Source: the human T2T-CHM13v2.0 reference genome, Homo sapiens. Taken from it: DNA of 64,000 nt. The notes beneath the pieces are model-generated. The model was not told the DNA's origin, did not search any database, and saw only the letters and a list, made by a program, of their open reading frames with translations. Positions 44,256 to 64,000 of this stretch are shown in pieces. How positions within the stretch are numbered: position 1 is the first letter of the stretch; every line of letters begins with the position of its first letter. Position numbers and translations under genes: made by a program. The stretch lies in assembly GCF_009914755.1 (NCBI RefSeq), contig NC_060939.1; one strand, given 5' to 3'.

Positions 44256-45845
44256 TGAGTGCCACCATGCCCGGCTAATTTTTGTATTTTTAGTAGAGAC
44301 AGGGTTTCACCATGTTGGTCAGGTTGGTCTCAAACTCCTGACCTCGTGATCCCCCCACCTCGGCCTCCCAAAGTGCTGGGATTACAGGCGTGAGCCACCA
44401 CACCTGGCCATCTTATTAAATATTTTTTATAAAAATAAGCCTATTTATGATTCAGGCATTCAATGTCCATCTAGTTGCCAATGTGTTGTCCTTTCAGCCA
44501 CGTGGCTAATAGGGGCTTCCTGCTCTTATAATCTCTGGATGACTCATTATCTCCTGGTTGGCTTCTCAGTTTCCATAATGTGGGTGACCAATTCCCTTTA
44601 TTAAATTATCTGTGTTTGGAATACCTAGGGAGGATTCTGTTTTCTTGAATGGACCCTAACTGACGTAATGCTTAAGGAGAGTAATTTGCTTCTGTAGCTA
44701 TCACACTGTTTCTCCATAGCACCTATCTGCTTTTCCTTTGGTGCTGTGTGGCTCTCGTGTTCTAATAAACCAATACCCTCTAGGGCTAGCTAAGGCTTTT
44801 TGAGTACCCGACATTGTGCTAGGTGCTCATCCCTGTGTCCGCGAACAAGTCCTGGACAGAGCAGACCCTTGTCCTTGCCACAGGCACCTGCTGGTCCATC
44901 ACTTCCTCTGGCCTCACCCAGGAACCCTCTGGCCTAGAGTTTACCTGTCTAGCAGCTGCTGTGCTGCTGCCCAAACCATGTTGGGCGGGACCAAATGCCG
45001 GGTGTCTTTAGTAAGTCTTCACCTTCCCTCTTCCTCCTACAAGGTTCTCAGCTACCTCCAGCCTACCTGGGCATTTTTACCAGTTTGTCCACTGCAGAGT
45101 TTCACCTCAAGAGGAAGAAAAGGGAGAACACGTTTGTCAACGTTCCTCTCTCCTCCCCACACTCCACTTGTGTGAAAAAGAGAACCGGCTTTCTATTTCT
45201 GCTTCCTCTCTAGGGTGGCCTTCTCGCTGTCATTTCTTCCTTTCTAGGGGGATGAGGGAGCCTTAAGTCCCTTAATGGTAGCAGGAGTATTCCTTCTGCA
45301 TCATGGAAGTGAGTTTGTCATCTGACTTAGGCTTAGAGTTAGTGACTCTGACACAGTTCTAGGAGCCAAAGGAACTTAGAAAATTCTTTCATGACAAAGC
45401 CTGGCTTTTAAGACTATCGTCTTTCTGTGCTTTCCAGGTATCTATTCTGAATTTCAAAACTGAATATGGACTGCGTCCTCTTTGAGTTCCTGTTGTAACA
45501 GTCCTAGTTCCCTCTTGGGCAAATGGATGCCTCTGCAGAAGACGGGGCAAGTCAGGGGGAGGACAAGGAAATGCAAGGGACACCAGCAAATTAGTAAATT
45601 TCAAAACTATTGTTTCCATTAACTACACATGGGTGTCTTCTCCCTAAACTGTGATCTACTTGAAGGCAGGATTACATTTTCCCCAATATTTAAAAAAATA
45701 TCTATGAGAAGTCAGGTGCTAATCGTGAAAGCACTTGCAGGTTAACTAAGGTCTCAGGTGTCCTTATGTTGTCTCATATTATGACAGCTCTTTATAGTGC
45801 GTCCCACACCCATTAGATCACTTAACGATAGTTCCAGATGGGTTA

Positions 45846-46179
<334 letters not shown>

Positions 46180-46668
46180 TTAATGCGCTGTTATTAACTG
46201 ATCTTTGTAAAACGTCTATGTTTGGGGGTAAAACACTAAAAAAAAGGCAGGGGGACAGGGTGTAGTGGCTCACGCCTGTAATCCCAGCACTTTGGGAGGG
46301 TGAGGTGGGAGGAGGATTGCTTGAGGGAGGAGACCAGCCTGGGAAACATAGTGAGACCCTGTCTCTAAAAAAAGAAAGAAAGAAAAAAATCTCTGAGAAA
46401 GAAAAAGAAACAAAAGAAAGGTAAAAATATGGGGGACCACTGAATTAATCATTTATTGAGAATGTCTCCACGCAAAGTGCTCTCATGCACATTTTTTCTT
46501 CCACATGTCGTTTCTGGGCAACGTGAAAGATAAATTTTGTTACAGACCTCTTTTAAACAGGTGTTTTGAAAGCTAGAGGGTCTAGATATGCCTGACTTCA
46601 TAAAATTCAGGAAGCAGAAATCATTTCAGTTTCACCTCATTTCAGCTTTTTCTAAAACTAATGCAGAA

Positions 46669-46692
46669 CTGTAGTCTATCCCTAGGTGGCGC
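46669..46692 (+). promoter_or_regulatory. Candidate CTCF site (forward) with an upstream-module-like CTGTAGT
   Basis: CTGTAGTCTA-TCCCTAGGTGGCGC; 12/14 match to CCACYAGRKGGCRS in unique sequence. Confidence 0.45.
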
Positions 46693-48091
46693 ATTAAGCT
46701 AAATTTTTGAGAACCTGCTGCCCCGCACCGACCCCTGCCAACCTCCCATGTCTTAAATAATGATGACCTGATACATGTACGGGACTTTGTAATTGATAAA
46801 CCACTTTACCTCCCTTATAATAACCCTGTGTTACCATTACTATTCTCATCCTCCGATGAAGAAACTGAAGTTATGAATTTTAATTGAATATGTGAATAAG
46901 CGTAAATATTTTGCTTAATATTTATGTGTCAGACACTTTCCTACCCACTGGGTAGGAAATTACTATTTCTTAGCAGCCATCTTAGACCTTAGGGAAACAA
47001 AAAGAAATTAAAAAAAAAAGAGAAATTACAGCTTCCATTTTACAAATAGAAAAATGAAATATCAAGAAAGTTTGGTCAAGGTCACATAGCCAGTGAAGCA
47101 AGGCTGAATACCCAGCTCCTTTGGCTCCAGGTCTGGTGAGTTTCCTAGCACAGCCTTACTCTAGTCCTAAAATTTCTGGGAAGGAAGTCCTGTGTCAAAC
47201 CTTTGCTTTCTTTGCATACTCTCTTAGGTCTGCATTTCATTGACCTTTAGAGCTGCAAAGAAGAAAGACAGACAGTAAGAAGGGAATGGGAGTTAACATT
47301 ATTGCATTCGTGTGTAAAGTCATTCATTTCAGGTCGGGCCCAATGGCTCACATCTGTAATCCCAGAACTTTAGGAGGCAGATGCGGGCGGATCACTTGAG
47401 GTCAGGAATTCAAGATAGGCCTGGCCAACATGGTGAAGCCCCATCTCTACTAAAAATACAAAAATTAGCTGGACACGGTGATGTGCACCTGTAATCCCAG
47501 CTACTCAGAAGGCTAAGGCAGAAGAATCACTTGAATCCAGGAGGCAGAGGTTGCAGTGAGCTGAGATTGGGCCACTGCACTCCAGCCTGGGCGACAGAGC
47601 AAGACTCTGTCTCAAAACAAAAAAACAAACAAAAAAAAGTCTTTCATTTCAACCTGAAAATCCCTCCTCTCTTTCATCATCCCTCCTGCCATGTTTCTAA
47701 GGTGTCTCTGTGACACCTTTTTCTAGTAGATCCCCACTGCCCATTGTAATTTTAGGTAGCTTGGCCCTTTGGATCAAGCCTCCTCATTATTTTCAGATTT
47801 TCCTCATTGAAAATGCTTGGTTGTGGTAAGCAGTTTCCCTCTTTACAATGTGAGTTCCCCGACTCTGGGCCCTTAATCCCTCTCAGAATATAAACTGTAT
47901 TCTAATATCTAGAAAGAAACCAATAGTTAATAGGAAATTAATATGTATTGTTGAATAAATATTATTACTGAAAATGTATTAAAACATAGAGGTAGGTGGT
48001 ATTGTTTCTATTTGAGGATGTTCTCTCTTTCTTTCTTTCTTTTCTGTCTTTTTTTTTTGAGACAGAATTTCATTCTTGTTGCCCAGGCTGA

Positions 48092-48277
<186 letters not shown>

Positions 48278-48408
48278 TGATCTGCCTGCCTTGGCTTCCC
48301 AAAACGCTGGGATTACAGGCATAAACTACAGCAACTGGCTGACGGTGTTGTTTCTACTTGAAACATCAGTGAATCCGCAAATGGTATGAAACTATATGGA
48401 ATGCTAGT

Positions 48409-48880
48409 TTTCATACGCGTCCATGTGAAGAGACCACCAAACAGGCTTTGTGTGAGCAACATGGCTGTTTATTTCACCTGGGTGCAGGCGGGCTGAGTCC
48501 GAAAAGAGAGTCAGCGAAGGGAGATAGGGGTGGGGCCATTTTATAGGATTTGGGAAGGTAATGGAAAATTACAGTCAAAGGGAGTTGTTCTCTGGCGGGC
48601 AGGGGTGGATCTCACAAAGTACATTCTCAAGGGTGGGGAGAATTACAAAGAACCTTCTTAAGGGTGGGGGAGACTACAAAGTACCTTCTTAAGGGTGGGG
48701 GAGATTACAAAGTACATTGATCAGTTAGGGTGGGGCAGGAACAAATCACAACGGTGGAATGTCATCAGTTAAGGCTGTTTTTACTTCTTTTGTGGATCTT
48801 CAGTTACTTTAGGCCATCTGGACGTATACGTGCAAGTCACAAGGGATGCGATGGCTTGGCTTGGGCTCAGAGGCCTGACA
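48409..48880 (-). mobile_element. Full-length HERV-H solo LTR (LTR7 family, LTR7Y-like, 472 bp) with TSD CTAGT
   Basis: Minus strand TGTCAGGCCTCTGAGCCCAAGCCAAGCCATCGCATCCC...CCTATAAAA...GAAATAAACAGCCATGTTGCTCACACAAAGCCTGTTTGGTGGTCTCTTCACATGGACGCGTATGAAA; CTAGT at 48404-48408 and 48881-48885. Confidence 0.93.
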
Positions 48881-49529
48881 CTAGTTATTATAAAATGTAC
48901 TTTCAGCAGTCTTCTGGGACTTGACTACCTTGTGGATTGTACTAGAAATGTCAGGTATGGTGACTGCTCTGCCCACCACTCTAAATGAAACTGTCCCCCC
49001 ACAGTCTCTGTTGCCCAGGTGTCCTATGTCCCTCGTCACAGCTGAATGGACCAAGGCAGATGTGCTATCAAGGACAGCCAATCACAAGTGAGCAGTAATC
49101 TCTGATATGCTTTGGTGCAAAAAGCTGAGTTGAGTCAACAGTTATTTAAATTTGTGTGCAGTCACTTCCGTTTGCTGGGGAATGGCGTGGTGAGGGAAGA
49201 TTGATATAAGTTACCTCATATCTGGGTTACATGGATATATATCCTACAGTTGCTTAAAATACATTTCAGGATTCTTTGGTTTGCAGCATGTGTTTTGGAA
49301 AGGACAGGGAGAGGAAATTTAAGAGGTGGAGTGAAATCCAGGGACCCTTCACCTGCCACAAAAAGTGACGGGGCTTTCTGGTGTCAAGCAGGTGACAGGC
49401 TGTGCAGGGCTTTGCCCCTGAGGGTTCGACAGACAAAAGCAAGGCAGCTGTCACATAGGGGAAGGAACACAAGGCAAAGGGTTTGAGTCTTCACTCTGCC
49501 GATTATGAGATGTCTGCCATTGGACAAAA

Positions 49530-49565
<36 letters not shown>

Positions 49566-49755
49566 ATTTGTGGAGATGGGGTCTCACTATGTTGTCTAGG
49601 CTGGTGTCAAACTCCTGGCCTCAGTCAAGTGATCTTCCTGCTTCAGGCTCCCAAAGCATTGGTATTACAGGTGTGAGCCACTGCACCTGGCCAAAAATAT
49701 AAGTTTTCAAAGAGTCATCTAAATATCTGTGTCAATTAGCAATAAATTGATAATA

Positions 49756-49810
49756 CTAGGTTGGCACAATAGTAATGGCAAAAACTGCAACTACTTTTGC
49801 AGCAAGCTAA
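49756..49810. mobile_element. Internally deleted MADE1 (Hsmar1 MITE)
   Basis: ctaggttggcacaatagtaatggcaaaaactgcaactacttttgcagcaagctaa flanked by TA. Confidence 0.7.
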
Positions 49811-50481
49811 TAATACCTCTAGGTGTCTGTTTTATATGTTTTATTATGCAGAATAATTCTTAAGGAGCTTCTTCCAAATGTAGGTTTTGTTTAGAATCTA
49901 CCCCATGAAGATTCTGCTTCAGTGGTTGTGGACATTCACCTAGACCTGGGGTGAGTCTGACTCAGGTCGTCCTTGGACCACATCTTGAAAAATTCCGCTC
50001 TGGATGAAGAAACTAGAAACAGGAGACAAACTCCATTCCAATTGATGAGCTTCTTTCTGGCTGCTCAACTAGACCATGGCCACCCTGCAGGATGCTAGAA
50101 AGTCTGCAGATTTGGGAGTCCCAGTCGCTTAAAGGAGCAAACACCAGCCTGGGTCTTCTCCAAGATGGCAGGATCATCCCGCTTTAAGGCAAGAACCGAG
50201 CAGCATCTTCTCACCTGCTCATTCTTAGGTGTGACAGCGTGAACCTAGGAAGGAGGAAGCCAGTCAAGCAGGAGCGATGTTGAGTATTTCTTGAGAAAGG
50301 AGACATGGTTTCTTCTACATGGATGTGTTCTTGAGGCTAGTTTGGGGGCTAAGCTGGCAAATGTGAGGAAGAGACTCAGATGGCTGAAAGAGCAGCTGCT
50401 TAAAGTGCAAAGTGGCTGGTTGAACCAGCCCCTGGGCAGATGCTGATTAGAGAGAGCCCCGTAATGAAAGTGGGATTAGGG

Positions 50482-54354
<3,873 letters not shown>

Positions 54355-54897
54355 GAAATATATCTGAAGTGAAGGAAGCCAGTCACAAAAGACCACATAG
54401 GGTAAAATTTCATGCATTATAAAATGTTCAGAACAGGCCAATCTATAAACACAGAAAGTGGCTTGGTGGTTTCCAGAAACTGGGGTGAAGGTGGAATGAT
54501 AAGTGACTGCTAATGTGGACAAGGTTTCTTTTTGGAGTGATAAAAATATTAAAACACTCTCTACCAATAACCTGGAGGAAAATAAACACTCAACGTCCAT
54601 TTAAAAATGTAATAAAGATAAAGACGTGGTTGTGCCTTTGGGTTCAAAATATAACTGGGTTGAAGTGGATGTCTCCTGCTGCCTGGCCAGCCTGTGCCTT
54701 CTTTTACTAGGGTGACAGCCTCTGGCTTCTCTTGAAGAACAAGCCCCGGTTCTGTGTGGTTCTGGTGGAAATGTTATTGAAAGGACTCCTTACCTCCCAC
54801 TAAGGGGCAAATACTTTGGCTTGGAAATTTGAACTGAATTAAATGGCCTAAGGAAACTGTTGAGATGGAATCATTCTCAGGATAGCACTTGAAATCT

Positions 54898-59280
<4,383 letters not shown>

Positions 59281-60450
59281 CCCTCAATTGAGAGATGAGT
59301 AACTGTGGCTCACAGAGGAATGACTTGCCCCGGGTTACCCACCCAGTGGGTGGCAGCGCTGGGGTGCCTGGGGCCCTCTTCCATTCTGTGCAAGTTCTTC
59401 TTAGAGACTTGGGCCACCTGTTGGGCACTGCTTGTAGAGGTGCCCTAACTGCTGGGACGTGGAAACACTCACTTTAGGGCCCGAAGAAAGGGCTATTGTT
59501 CTCCAGGATCCCCTGGCTCTTAACCGTTTTTTCAGCGGATTATGATAATCCCAGGAAGGCAGTCATTGGTTTAGCTACTTTCTGGAACTAGCCTTGCAGC
59601 TAATTTATCTTGGAGGGCTCACGAGGAAGTGTCTGTGCTCAGAGCTGTGTGTTCGGTGCACAGCTGAAAAGGAATGGGGTGATAGTTCTGCACCTGCTGC
59701 TTGAATGTTTTCCGGCCAACAGTTGCTGTAGCCCTGCTCAGGGGATGCCCTGTCCAGGTTTTATTTATTTTTCTTATGTTCATTGCAACACTCTTCATGC
59801 CTTTGCTTATATTTTAGAGAGGGCTAGGGGAGGGGTGGCTGTGTCCTCAGGCACCGGTCATGGCGCCTTCCTGAGCAAAAGTAACTTGTAAAAGATTCCA
59901 AACAGGCATGCTTTCGACATGCCCTCCTGGTGGATGAAAGTTCCAGGGCAACCCCTATAGAGTGGAAGTTCTGAGGCCATCCCCAGAAGGTGAAAGTTCT
60001 GAGGCCACGTCCTAGAGGTGAAAGTTCCGTGGCAGGTATGCCTTGGTGGTCTGCCCATTGACTGTCAGCTCTCAAGGAGAGATCTGTTTTGGAGCACAAG
60101 GTTAGAAGAACTTGCTCTGTAGGGAATGTTTGGTGAGGCGGAAGGTGAAAGGTTATATTTGCACTTCTGAAGGGCTAGGTAGGAGATGGGGAGCCAGGGA
60201 CGGTAAAGAAGACAGAAAAAAACCCACCTCTTAGATAAATTGGGGTACTTGGTTACCGTTCCCTAACCCCAAGTTCGCTCCCATTTCTATGGGATCTAGG
60301 TGCCATATTCATTCTGGCTGCTTTCTGCTGAAAGGTGGGTGTAGTCATTGGACCTCAGAATGGAACTGATCTACTTGGAGTTGGGAATATTCACAAGTAC
60401 GTGGACTTACAGATGATACTGGTTGGAGCATTATGGTGTGAGGTTTAGAA

Positions 60451-60793
60451 CAGGGGTCCCCAGCCCTCGGGTCGCAGATCAGTACCAGTCCCTGAGCTGT
60501 TGGAAACCAGGCCGCACAGCAGGAGGTGAGCAGCAGGCTAGAGAGCATTACCGCCTGGGCTGTGCCTCCTGTCAGATCAGCTGCAACATTAGAGTCTCAT
60601 AGGAGCGCAAAACCTGTTGTGAACTACACAACCAAGGGAATGAGGCTGTCCATTCCTTGTGAGAATCTAATGCCTGATCTGAGGTGGAACAGTTTCAACT
60701 CAAAACCATCCTTCCCTCCCCTTCACCCCATCCTGTGGAAAAATTGTCTTCCATGAAACTGGTCCCTGGTTCCACAAAGGTTGCAGACTGCTT
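60451..60793 (+). mobile_element. MER1B-like hAT MITE nested in the provirus
   Basis: caggggtcccc...aggccgcacagcaggaggtgagc...gagaatctaatgcctgatctgaggtggaacagtttca...tggaaaaattgtcttccatgaaactggtccctgg. Confidence 0.85.
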
Positions 60794-61414
60794 GTCTAGG
60801 TCTCTGAAAGAGCTTGCCTTGTTTTCCCGTATAGAGGATACAACAGCAGTAAGCTCCACAATGGAGGGATATGCCCATCCCTGCAATTGGGGCCACTGTT
60901 AAAAGTAGCTTTGCCACCAGAATGGTCCTGTCCTGAATCAGGTTGCTAACCATTGGTCTAGTGACAATGTAGGGTCAGACATAACTTTAAGTTGTTTGTA
61001 CATGTCTTTCAGGGCTATTAGAGGCATTTCCCAAATTCTTAGTTATCATGCAAGTTCCCCACTGACAATCATAACCAGATATCATGTCAGGTTGGCTAAG
61101 TATATATGTTTAACGGGCTACAGAAGGAGCTATGAATACTCATGAAGGTGGTCATAGCCCTGTCCAATTTTTGAGAATGGATCAGCTTAAATAGTAATAG
61201 CTGTGTCTCATTCAGGAGGTGGCGTTGCGTATGGGCTAGACTTTTGCCTGGGATGAGCCTCAGCACCCCAGGTCTCCGTGGTGTGGAATGGGTTCCTCTC
61301 ACCTCTGCAAGCCACCAGTAAAGGTGAATTTTTTCCAGCCAGAGGGAGCTAGGGGTGCCTGCTGCCGAGAGGAGTAAAGCTGTAAGTGGCTGTTAGTGTA
61401 AGTAAAGCTGATAG

Positions 61415-61819
61415 TGTGAACGGAAAATATCTTGGGCCCTTTCAAGCTGGGAACTGCTTCAGGCAAGTCTGTCTTTCATTCTATTTGAAGTCATCCCTCT
61501 GCTCACTGAGAGAGGTGCATATTCTGATTGCCTCCTTTGGAATGGCTAATCAGAAACTCAAAAAATGCAGCCATTTGTCACAGGTACCTGAGACCTGGAA
61601 GCCCCCTCCCTGCCTTTCTGGATGGAACCAGTGTACTTCTTACATGTACTTCTTGATTGATGTCTCACGTCTCCCTAAAATGCATAAAACCAAGCTGTGC
61701 CCCGACCATCTTGGGCACATGTTGTCAGGACTTCCTGAGGCTGTGTCACAGGCCCGTGTCCTAAACTTCGGCAAATCTCCTGAAATGATTGAGACTTGTC
61801 TCATTTTTCTCGAATGACA
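61415..61819 (+). mobile_element. MER4A-like LTR nested in the provirus
   Basis: gcatattctgattgcctcctttggaatggctaatcagaaactcaaaa...ctccctaaaatgcataaaaccaagctgtgccccgacca. Confidence 0.7.
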
Positions 61820-62017
61820 GTAATTACAAGGGTGAAGTTGGAGACAGAAAGGAAAAGAAATCGGGGCCCATACACAAAGCCATACGTTCACACAAACAAA
61901 TGGTGCACTTCCAAACAAAATCCCTGGTGGAGTGGCTGGGTGAGAGCCTGAATCCTCCACCCCAGTTCCGAAATGGCTCCATGGACATCTGAGTCCCATC
62001 TGAGCAGAGCTGCTATG

Positions 62018-62428
62018 GTGTTACAGGACAGAGCAGGAGCATCACCATCTTGGACAAACACCGCCATTTTAAGTTCCCCTTGATTAAAAACCACCTAAAT
62101 CCAGCCCCCAGAAGTCAACCTAATGGCTAATGCCAGCATGACCATAAACCACAAATGGTACCTCCGACTGGAAACATTCCAACCCCTAGATAAACCCCCC
62201 TCTGACCAGAAACATGCCAACTCTGCAATAAAACTTTCCTCTGCCCAGAACCATTCTGAACCTAAGACAAGCTCTCCCTCCCTAAACCCTTAAATACCCT
62301 TAGTCTGTAAGAGAGAACACTCCTGACCTAAATTGGCCAGAAGCCCCTCTCCGGTTTATTCTCCAAAATAAACCTGTCTTTGACTGTTGAGCCACTTTTT
62401 GTGTTTGTCTCCTTTCTTTAACCCTTAC
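62018..62428 (+). mobile_element. ERV1-type solo LTR (family not assigned) nested in the provirus
   Basis: TG start; gacagagcaggagcatcaccatcttggacaa; TATA-like cttaaata; AATAAA at ~62367; U5-like T-rich end. Confidence 0.6.
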
Positions 62429-62809
62429 TCTGTACATACAAACAAAAATGCTCAAATGATACCACTAGCAGCCAGGTCCTATGCACGGCAGGGCTTCAGT
62501 GACACCTCAAAAGAGGCAGAGGGTAGTCAGGGGTACTCCTGACCAACTTAGTTCTGAAGTTTACTGGGTTTCTGTTTTTCTTTTTTTGAGTTCACTTGCT
62601 TTGTATCAGCAAAGTGTTGAAGGCAGCAAACATCATGCAGGGAGGCAATAGGGAGGTGCCTCCAAAACAAAAGCATTTTTGGCAGCCGCTGGGAAATTCC
62701 CTAATGTTCCCATCTTGGGGTTCGCTAGCCACCAGCAGCTGCTACTCCCAGGCAACCTCATACCTTGCCCAGTAGCTCAGGCACAGGCCTACCCGTAGTG
62801 CACAGTGCT

Positions 62810-62827
62810 TCCCCGTACAGGCCACCA
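62810..62827 (-). promoter_or_regulatory. Retroviral primer-binding site complementary to tRNA-Ile(AAT)
   Basis: Minus strand TGGTGGCCTGTACGGGGA, 17/18 to the complement of the tRNA-Ile 3' end TCCCCGTACGGGCCACCA, ~10 nt after the LTR end (…cctttCA). Confidence 0.8.
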
Positions 62828-63396
62828 ACATCATAACTGAAAGGTGGGTTAGTTGTTCACATGCCGAGTCCAATTAACAAGAACGAGGCCTGATACAAAG
62901 CAAGTGAATTGATTCTGAAGCTATTATAGCTTGGGGAAGATGTACAGATGTCCTGCTGTGTGGCTTTACTTGTGGAGCAGAAAACAGGCATTTTTATAAG
63001 GTAAGGGAAGAAATGAGCAAGGGCGGGGGTTCCCTGCTAGCTTGCTGTTTTAGCCATGGGGCAGTTGGCGCTTTCCTAGGCAGAAGTAAGTTGTAAAAGT
63101 GGCCACTGCCCATACGCTTTCAAACGCCTGCCTGGAGGGTGGAAGTTACCTGGGGAGCATGCTTTGGTTTGCAAATCTACCGTCAGCTCTCTAGGAAAGA
63201 TCTGTCTTGGGGCATAAAGTTAGAAGAATTTGCCATGTAGGGAATGTCTGGTGAGACAGGAGGTGAAAGGTTATATTTGTACTTCTGAAGGGCTAATTAG
63301 GAAACAGAGCCACAGAAACAAGAGGGAAGGTGTGGGGTGGGGATGGGTGGGGGGGTGGGGGGGTGGGGGTGGGTGTGGAGGAAGTAATTAAATCAT

Positions 63397-63936
63397 TGTG
63401 AACCATTGTGAAGTATCTGAGACAGATCTCAATTTAGAATGTTTACTTTGCCAAGGTTAAGGACGCACTGTGACAGCCTCAGGAGATTCTGATGACCGGT
63501 GCCCAAGGTGGTCAGAATACAGCTTACTTTTATACATTTTAGGGAGACATAATGTATCAGTCAATATGTGTAAGATCTACATTGGCTGGATCTGAAAGGG
63601 TCATAGGTAGATTTAAATTTTTTCTGATTGGCAATTGGTTGAAAGAGTTATCAGTAGAAAGGAATGTCTGGGTTCTGCTGAGGGATTGTGAAGGCCTAGG
63701 TTTTATGTAGATGAGCCTCCAAGTAGCAGGCTTACAATGGACTGTAAATGTTTCTTATCAGACTTAAGGTCCCTATTGGTGTTAATGCTGGAGGGGTATA
63801 ATGAGGCATATCCTGCCCCCCTCTTCCATCGTGGCCTGAACTAGATTTCCAGGTTAACTCTAGAATGCCCTTGGTTGAGAGGAAGGGTCCATTCAAATGT
63901 TTGGAGCAGGGGAGCCTTAGAATTTGTTTTGGTTTA
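63397..63936 (-). mobile_element. MER4B/D/E-like LTR nested in the 5' LTR
   Basis: Minus strand aaaccaaaacaaattctaaggctcccc...tgcctcattatacccctccagcattaaca...cttaagtctgataagaaacatttaca. Confidence 0.7.
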
Positions 63937-63964
63937 ACCACTCTAGAAAAATGGGGCTACTTGG

Positions 63965-64000
63965 AGACGGGGCGTAGTGGCTAACGCCTATAATCCCAGC
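63965..64000 (+). mobile_element. Start of an Alu (continues beyond the window)
   Basis: gggcgtagtggctaacgcctataatcccagc. Confidence 0.85.

Larger units (their letters stand above)
59860..63964 (-). mobile_element. Deleted ERV1-class provirus (MER4-group; MER66-like LTRs tentative): 5' LTR ~62838-63964, tRNA-Ile PBS, degenerate internal region, partial 3' LTR ~59860-60257
   Basis: Two homologous blocks (60062-60184 vs 63180-63302, ~86% identical by hand). PBS at 62810-62827. Purine tract GGGGTTAGGGAAC precedes the 3' LTR on the minus strand. Env-TM-like peptide KLLLTVAPIAGMGISLHCGAYCCCIL at ~60820-60930. Confidence 0.75.

Noticed and set aside
49756-49810. Possible miR-548-type hairpin from MADE1
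   Set aside because: The internal deletion and mismatches remove most of one arm.
59930-60030. Spaced short repeats resembling a CRISPR array (also 48620-48740 and 11358-11403)
   Set aside because: These are tandem repeats inside LTRs or an Alu, with no unique spacers, in a eukaryotic context with no cas genes.

Overview
This is human (primate) genomic DNA. Positions ~5990-37270 hold the 3' part of FAM81A on the + strand. Its last six exons splice through GT-AG junctions into one open 270-codon frame ending ...QKPETPM*, followed by a ~2.2 kb 3' UTR. The gene identity, its 15q22 location and GCNT3 as the downstream neighbour are from recall. The rest is repeat-dense intron or intergenic sequence: a large old L1 at 1-5380, dozens of Alus, L2/MIR, hAT MITEs and an ERVL pol remnant. 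After the gene come a decayed RPL21 processed pseudogene, a full THE1B solo LTR with an intact DUX4 motif, a full HERV-H solo LTR (LTR7Y-like), a ~740 bp alternating purine-pyrimidine VNTR inside an Alu, a 282 bp inverted templated duplication lodged in an Alu, and a deleted tRNA-Ile-primed ERV1 provirus with nested insertions. Almost all ORFs in the supplied track are Alu, L1 or microsatellite artefacts. I see no wholly new multi-gene system. The strongest leads are a possible ancient two-exon duplication inside FAM81A, a candidate phospho-switchable PDZ ligand at its C-terminus, alternative isoform routes, two convergent embryonic LTR promoters, and several templated-repair scars. Repeat subfamily names come from recalled consensus sequences and need RepeatMasker/Dfam confirmation; repeat edges are approximate.
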